Both the position numbers and the translations under genes were made by a program. 64,000 nt of DNA, taken from Eukaryota sp. TZLM1-RC (taxonomy: Eukaryota > Protista > Metamonada: BaSk clade). The notes under the pieces are model-generated. The model was not told the origin of the DNA, made no database searches, and saw only the letters and a program-made list of their open reading frames with translations. The stretch spans positions 3,286,001 to 3,350,000 of the forward strand of contig JAUPSS010000003.1 in the NCBI GenBank assembly GCA_040285825.1, written 5' to 3'. Shown piece by piece: positions 58,079 to 64,000 of the stretch; within the stretch, counting starts at the first letter, position 1, and every line of letters begins with the position of its first letter.

Positions 58079-59719
58079 CTACCGTTTTTCTTTACTTCTA
58101 AGTAGCAATTCTTTAAGTTTCCTTCTATACTCCAAAGGAACCTCTACCAACTCGTCAATTTCCCCTTCTGAAAAATCAGCCAAATCAATATCGGAAGTAT
58201 CAACATCATCATTAAGGATTTCCTGATCGAATTCACCCAAGTCATCAAAGTTGTCAAGTTCAACATCTGATATCCCAGAAAGATCATCCTCAACAAATGA
58301 CAGATCATCACTATCAGACTCTTCAAGAATGCAATCATTTTGGACCTTTACCTGAGCCAAAGTTTTGCTTAATTCTTCAACAGTCTGATCTTCTGTCAAC
58401 TGCAAATCCTTTTTTCTTTTTTCCATTTGATCTTTCTTCTTCCGTTCTTCGTTCTGCCAATGTTCAAAATGACTTACTGTTTCACAAATTAGCCAAGAAA
58501 CCACAAACTGAACTTCCTCCTTAATCTTTAATTCTAATTCCCATTCAGACCTGAGTTTTTTCTTGAGTAATTCTTTCTCTTCATCAACTTTAGCCAATGC
58601 TTCCTGTTTTTCCCTTAATTGCTGGTTCAATAACTCAGCCCTTTCCCGTTCTTTTTCTCGCTGCTTTTTAATTTCGTCGAGTTGCTTTTCCCTTGTTGCC
58701 AAAGTAGTTTTAATTAACCTGACCTCAGTTTTTAACTTTTTCTCATGTATTGCCTTTTCATTACTGAGTTCCTTATAATCTTCTACTACTTGTTCCAATG
58801 AACTTTCAGCATTGCTTTTTTCCTTTTCCAGTAGTTTCAACTCTTCCACCACCCTCAAATGCTCATCCTGAAGTCTTAGTAAAATTTGGTGTTGCTGGTT
58901 GAATTTTGAAAGCTGGTCCTTAATAATCTCACGCTGTTCTCTCACGTCATCAACTGAACCCTCACTCTCCTCTTCATCCACAGCACTTTTCACAACCCCT
59001 TCCAGTTCCTCTATCTGTTCTACATGCTTCCTCTTCATCTCCTTGACTTCCCTGTTCAGTTCCTGATATTGTTTCTTTCCTTCTTCATCAAACGTCTGAG
59101 GACTCAGCTTGGACATCAGATCAACAAGGGATTGATCAACACCAAGAGACTCCAAAAGTGCCTCCTTTTGTTCTTCAACAGATTTGTATTCGGAAATCTT
59201 TTCATCTTGCTTCTTCTTGACCTCTTCCTCCACTTCCTGCATACGTTGTTGATGGACTTGTTTGATAAGGTCAATCTTGACATTTTCGAGATCCTTGTCT
59301 GCAACTTCAGATAGTTTGTTTCTTTCTTCACGGGTGGCATTGATGCCTTGGCGAAGATGGTTTAGTCTTTCTTGTTGTTCAGCCAGGGAACGTTGTTCAA
59401 TGTCTGAGAGTTTACGTAGGTGTTGTTCCCTGCGCTCCGTTTGGCGTGCAAGAGTTTCTTGTTCAATCATTGAATGTACACGATGAAACAAAGCAGCTCT
59501 ACGGAGGTCCATTTCAGCACGGAGACGTTCAGCAGCAAGGGAAGCTGATTGGCGAGAGTGTTGTGCAAGAGCAGAGTTGTAGTGCTGTTTGTTTTTGGCC
59601 TGAATATCGGAACGCCGAAGTTCCATTTCTATGGCTAGACGATCAGCAACAGCTTGAGCCATTTTGAGACGCTGTTGTGGTGGAGAAGTACGTAAAGAGT
59701 TAAGCGAAGGGGATGACAT
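58079..59719 (-). CDS. Coiled-coil protein of unknown function with acidic tail, 546 aa
   Basis: Long uninterrupted E/K/Q/R-rich ORF with heptad character; no recognised domain. Confidence 0.8.
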   Translation of the reverse strand: MSSPSLNSLRTSPPQQRLKMAQAVADRLAIEMELRRSDIQAKNKQHYNSALAQHSRQSASLAAERLRAEMDLRRAALFHRVHSMIEQETLARQTERREQHLRKLSDIEQRSLAEQQERLNHLRQGINATREERNKLSEVADKDLENVKIDLIKQVHQQRMQEVEEEVKKKQDEKISEYKSVEEQKEALLESLGVDQSLVDLMSKLSPQTFDEEGKKQYQELNREVKEMKRKHVEQIEELEGVVKSAVDEEESEGSVDDVREQREIIKDQLSKFNQQHQILLRLQDEHLRVVEELKLLEKEKSNAESSLEQVVEDYKELSNEKAIHEKKLKTEVRLIKTTLATREKQLDEIKKQREKERERAELLNQQLREKQEALAKVDEEKELLKKKLRSEWELELKIKEEVQFVVSWLICETVSHFEHWQNEERKKKDQMEKRKKDLQLTEDQTVEELSKTLAQVKVQNDCILEESDSDDLSFVEDDLSGISDVELDNFDDLGEFDQEILNDDVDTSDIDLADFSEGEIDELVEVPLEYRRKLKELLLRSKEKR

Positions 59720-61203
59720 CGGCTAAAACAAAGCAGATTGAAGCAGGTTGAAGCAGATTGGTTTAGGTGAAGTGAAAGATTAATTTACTTTGAAGACAAA
59801 TAAACTTACTATAGATTGACACTCAAGCCCACAACTAATATGTTGGTGTCAAAGATAAATCGTATGCTCATCATTAGTATTGGAATAAGTCAATGCTAAT
59901 ACAATGCAGACCAATTTCATCATAATCTTGATAGAATCAAGAAAAATTGACTTTTAAGTTTCATACCAAATCGATTTATCATTTCAATTATGTTTCAAGA
60001 GTTCACTAATGATTAGCCCTATTTGCCATGAGGTTAGACTGAGGTAGATTTTGCAGGTTCGAAACACGGAATTTACTTAATGTTAATGTTTGAAATTGAG
60101 TTGACAAATGACTCAATTCAACCAATTTTACATGAAAAGCGACTTGCCCTGTGTTCTCGCACAAGTTTATCCTCTACACTCAGTTAAACTAAAGAGCACT
60201 CAACATCTTTGTGGACATCACTGCGAGGTTCCAACATATCATGACCTTTGACCCAAGCAATTCCTTGAAATGTGTTATGTATCAAATACTGATATAAAGT
60301 CAGACATAATGCATTTCTTTATAAGTTCTAATGGTATTTCATTAGAGAAAATTAAATTGTCATAGAGCAGAGATCCATGAACCAACTTAACTAAATTTAT
60401 TCCATAAGACATGACACTTTACAACTAATCTAACTATTTATCCTTTATTTGCATTTTTATTCCTTTTGACAGCCCCAAAGTCGAGTCATTTTACCTTACC
60501 AAATGAAAATAACGACCGACAGTTCAGATTAAGTCAACTCAAGTCATTCAACTACTTACTGGAAACAAAGTAGAAACAATTGAAAAGTTTAGGTCTTCGT
60601 CAAAGTTTTTGTTTCAAGAGGAGTTCCTGTTGTTTTGATTAAAAGTTTTTTGTACAAAAATGATAAGGATTCTGTCAAGTTTAATTGGGGTTTATCAATA
60701 ACAAGAAAATGCAAAACAGCCATTTGATTCAGGTAGGAATGCAAAAACTTATTTTGCAACACTGTTTCTAAACCACTTTAAAGATTGCATTAGGTTGCAA
60801 TTTTAAAATAAAAATTTGTTATTGAAATTAAATTTAAATTTGGAATAGTAAAATAGGACAAAGTAGATGCAATATCAAAAAATCAGTATTGGTTTTTCCC
60901 GGTATCTCGAGTTCAAACCAAGTTCTATTGTTGATGATCAAGTTAAAGAACTTATGCACACTGCTATCATAGCATCATGACAAAGAGAGTGTTTCCGTCA
61001 GTGTTCAGAATTAATTGTTTTTCAGTATAAAGACGTGCTGGTGTTCCATCAGTATTCGCTAGGCAACAAATTTTATGCTTATTCATGAAAAAATAACTGC
61101 TACTAAATACAAAATACAGCAAAACTAAAGATTTTCTCAATAGTCAGGGTCTAAGTATTCTCCCTGAATTAGATCTAGTAAAGGTGCACAGGACAACTAA
61201 AAA

Positions 61204-62366
61204 CAGGGATGACTAAAGTGATCCAAAAAATGAAATTAAAGTACTTTATTTACTTTAAGCTTTACTTTAAACTTTAAGCTTTAAGCTCTAAAATTGGCTA
61301 AAGTGGTATAAAGTAGTGAACGCTTCTTTCTTTACTCTCCACCCCTTTCTCACTTCATTTTTCTTATATATTTTCTTTTGTTAATGACTTCACTCCCTTG
61401 TGAGGCTTGGACGAATGTCTGTCAAGTCAACGAAGTTGTTTCAAAGACTTGTGCGCGCTTTCAATGTCTATTATGCGATGAGGTCTATTCTGTCAACCGA
61501 TGGGCAATGGAAGGGCATTATGTACCTGATCTACTACCTAAAAGACAGGTACCGTTATGCAACCAAATAAGGTGTCCTGAGAGTAACAATGGTAAGAAGG
61601 TTGCAGACTTACGAGTGTATCTAGCTACACATTCTAGACAACGCAAAAGACGAGCTTCCAGTATCAATAGTCCAGCTCCTAGACAAGCACTTCCGTCCTT
61701 TTCAAGTCCTTCTCCACTTACTCCTTTTACACCACAGACTCCATCAACTCCTTCTACACCACAGAATCCATCAACTCCATCAACGATTCACAATTCCTTT
61801 TTTTCAGGCAGTCAACAACCAACTGTCCAAAGAACACTTCATCAACTCACTTTGAAGAAGACTCAAGAGCGGTTGAACACGAAGATGCTGGAAGACATGG
61901 CTGCAACGTACTGTTTTAGTGAAGGTCTCCCTCTAACGAAAGTTAGTAGTGGAACATTGCTACAAGACTTGATAGATAAATCAGTTGAGCATTTTAAGTT
62001 ATATGGACAAGTTTTTCAATTACCTTCTTACACCAAATTACAGTCATCTGTGGGACCACGAGTGGTCATTAGTGTAAAAGACGGAATTAAAAAGAGTGTT
62101 GGTGCTCATCCACCACATACTTAATTTTTCAATCAGTTTTTGATGAGTTTCTGAATAAATGTTAGGTTTTGTTATCTTATGGTGAATTGAAAAGTTACCT
62201 TACTTGAAGAGGATTTCGTAAATAGAATGTTCTCTATTAAAATGTACAACATGTTTGTCAAACCAAATAATGATGACTCTACTTTATCAAAAAAAGATTC
62301 TTTAAAGTAAAGTAAAGTAAAGTAAAGTAAAGTGCTTAAAGTACTTTACCACTTTAGTTATCCCTG
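61204..62366 (+). mobile_element. Non-autonomous hAT DNA transposon, 1163 bp
   Basis: 17-bp TIRs CAGGGAT(G/A)ACTAAAGTG; 8-bp TSD ACTAAAAA (61196-61203, 62367-62374); subterminal TAAAG/CTTTA arrays. Confidence 0.92.
61384..62124 (+). CDS. Truncated hAT transposase N-terminus (BED-finger-like plus dimerisation region, no DDE domain)
   Basis: W..V...CLLC...H...C pattern; basic KRR patch; AATYCFSEGLPL..V...LQDLI segment. Confidence 0.55.
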   Translation: MTSLPCEAWTNVCQVNEVVSKTCARFQCLLCDEVYSVNRWAMEGHYVPDLLPKRQVPLCNQIRCPESNNGKKVADLRVYLATHSRQRKRRASSINSPAPRQALPSFSSPSPLTPFTPQTPSTPSTPQNPSTPSTIHNSFFSGSQQPTVQRTLHQLTLKKTQERLNTKMLEDMAATYCFSEGLPLTKVSSGTLLQDLIDKSVEHFKLYGQVFQLPSYTKLQSSVGPRVVISVKDGIKKSVGAHPPHT

Positions 62367-62658
62367 ACTAAAAACTTTCCCCTTCCTCCCACTGTGAGTA
62401 TTTGTCGGATGGAGTGCCAAGAATTTTCAGAAGAAATCGGATTTATGTAGGTGAGAACAAAAAAATATAAAGATAAATTTAGACAAGAAATTAATGAAAC
62501 TAAAAAATGTTTTATTGCTATATCAGATGTTATCCCTTCTGAGGAACACGTGTTAATTCAAAACGGTTTGAGTAATCTTCAACTTCCAAAAAACCTCATT
62601 CCCTCCACATCAGTGTTACGGGACATCTATTCCACTGTTATAGACAACATCTTTAACC

Positions 62659-64000
62659 ATGGCACTTCCTCAACAATGGCGAAGGTTCAATTTCTTTACT
62701 AAGAAGGACAACATTCATGCTTCAACTGTTGGTTCTTATCTTCAAAACATTGATATTATGTGTGTAGCTACTTGTAAAGGTCTCTTATTCTTTGGTGATT
62801 CTAAAGGATCTATTCATTTCTGCGATCGCTCTTACCGTTTCACATCCTTCCGTGCACACGAAGGCGCTGTCTGTTCTATAATCACCCCTCAAACCTCCAA
62901 TTGCATCATTACCGCTGGGTGTGACGAAGAGGGCAGGGAGTGGAAGGTCAGTATATGGTCCCTGAGACAAACAAATCCGTCCGGACATCCGTCACTTCTC
63001 CGCAAGCTCAACGTCTCCTCCACCACGGATGTCTCCCAACCAATCACTCGTCTTTGCACCAGTGAGGATATGAGTCACTTAGCCGTGGCCCTCGCAAATG
63101 GTAGTATTATTCTCTTTCATGGTGATCTTCTGAAGGATAGAAAAGTAAGTGGGAAGAACATTTATGAAGGTGATTCTCCTGCTACTGGTCTTTCTTTTCA
63201 AAAGCTTCCCAACAATGAGGGCTATGGGTTGTTTGCTTCCACTCGGTCTTCAGTGGTCTTGTTCAAGATCACGTCATCCAACGTCATCAAAGTGGATCTT
63301 GAGAACCCCAAAGCCAAGATTGGTTGCCCCTCTGGTTGCTCCACATTCCTTCGTCACAACCAAGAGTTTGCTGTAGCCACAGAATCTGTTGTCTGGTATT
63401 ATGGGCTTGATGGGAAGCATGGTGCCTCTTTCTTTGAGGGTCCTAAGCGGTTAATAACCTCATTCAGACAATATTTAGTCATTTTAACCCCTCCTGAAAG
63501 AAACAGCTGTGTGTTAGGTATCTATGATTTAAAAAACCAATGTGTGGTTTATTACGATCAAAAGATTGGTGAGGCGAGGTTTGTTTTTTCCGAATGGGGT
63601 TTCTTGTTTGTTTTGACATCAAGTAAGCAACTAATTCAACTGGAAGAAAAAGATCTAACAACGAAATTGGATCTTTTGTACAAAAAGTCTTGGTTTGAAG
63701 CAGCTATTTCCCTTGCCCGACAATCAGTTTCCGATCACGATCTGATTGCTGACGTTTACAGACGTTATGGTGATCATTTGTATAGAAAGGGTGACTATTC
63801 CGCCGCAATGAACAAATACTTGCAAACTATCGGTGGCTTAGAACCAAGCTACGTTATCAGAAGATTCTTGAATGGCCAGTTAATTGTTCATTTAGCAAAG
63901 TATTTAAAGTCACTACACGACAGAAAGCTGGCTAATTCTGATCATACTTCTTTGTTATTGAATTGTTATACTAAATTGAAAAATGTAAAAGGTAATTCAA
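62659..64000 (+). CDS. VPS11: Vacuolar protein sorting 11 (HOPS/CORVET), runs off the window end
   Basis: Not in the ORF track because it has no stop in the window. MALPQQWRRFNFF start; LFFGDSKG..FRAH; YGDHLYRKGDYSAAM.KYLQTIGGLEPSYVIRRFL; DHTSLLLNCYTKLK. Confidence 0.93.
   Translation, partial: MALPQQWRRFNFFTKKDNIHASTVGSYLQNIDIMCVATCKGLLFFGDSKGSIHFCDRSYRFTSFRAHEGAVCSIITPQTSNCIITAGCDEEGREWKVSIWSLRQTNPSGHPSLLRKLNVSSTTDVSQPITRLCTSEDMSHLAVALANGSIILFHGDLLKDRKVSGKNIYEGDSPATGLSFQKLPNNEGYGLFASTRSSVVLFKITSSNVIKVDLENPKAKIGCPSGCSTFLRHNQEFAVATESVVWYYGLDGKHGASFFEGPKRLITSFRQYLVILTPPERNSCVLGIYDLKNQCVVYYDQKIGEARFVFSEWGFLFVLTSSKQLIQLEEKDLTTKLDLLYKKSWFEAAISLARQSVSDHDLIADVYRRYGDHLYRKGDYSAAMNKYLQTIGGLEPSYVIRRFLNGQLIVHLAKYLKSLHDRKLANSDHTSLLLNCYTKLKNVKGNS

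Noticed and set aside
59760-61190. Possible decayed gene(s), also at 23180-23460, 26340-27000 and 50500-50950
   Set aside because: Only short stop-ridden frames with no recognisable motif.
62305-62345. (TAAAG)n as telomeric or satellite repeat
   Set aside because: It lies within the hAT subterminal region and mirrors CTTTA motifs at the other end, consistent with transposase-binding sites.
1-64000. Alternative genetic code (TAA/TAG = Gln) suggested by in-frame stops in TE ORFs
   Set aside because: Long host genes have no internal stops and end in TAA or TAG, and a TGA stop also occurs. The interrupted ORFs also carry frameshifts.

Overview
AT-rich, intron-poor eukaryotic DNA using the standard genetic code. 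It is most likely from a unicellular protist; the compact genes and a 31-nt intron resemble metamonads, which is an inference. About eleven host genes are present: BEACH/WD40 protein, SMC2-like, HPRT, SMC4, PACS-like, DsbA/thioredoxin-fold, GRIP golgin, HD hydrolase, HlyIII/PAQR, a coiled-coil protein and Vps11. They are separated by nested mobile-element debris: Ty3/Gypsy chromovirus-like LTR elements with very short LTRs, an intact gag-only LTR element, three families of RLE-type (CRE/R2-like) non-LTR retrotransposons, a non-autonomous hAT element, and four Fanzor (eukaryotic TnpB) remnants from at least three lineages. Two observations stand out. First, after removing a nested retrotransposon, 39517-44730 (minus strand) reads as a Ulp1/C48 protease domain, then a stand-alone PolB-type 3'-5' exonuclease, then a Fanzor, collinear and possibly once a single ORF. 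Second, both copies of that Fanzor family end 2-3 nt before the ATG of a host gene (HPRT and HD hydrolase), so their predicted omegaRNA guides would be the start-codon regions of host genes. All calls come from reading motifs by eye; no database search was run.
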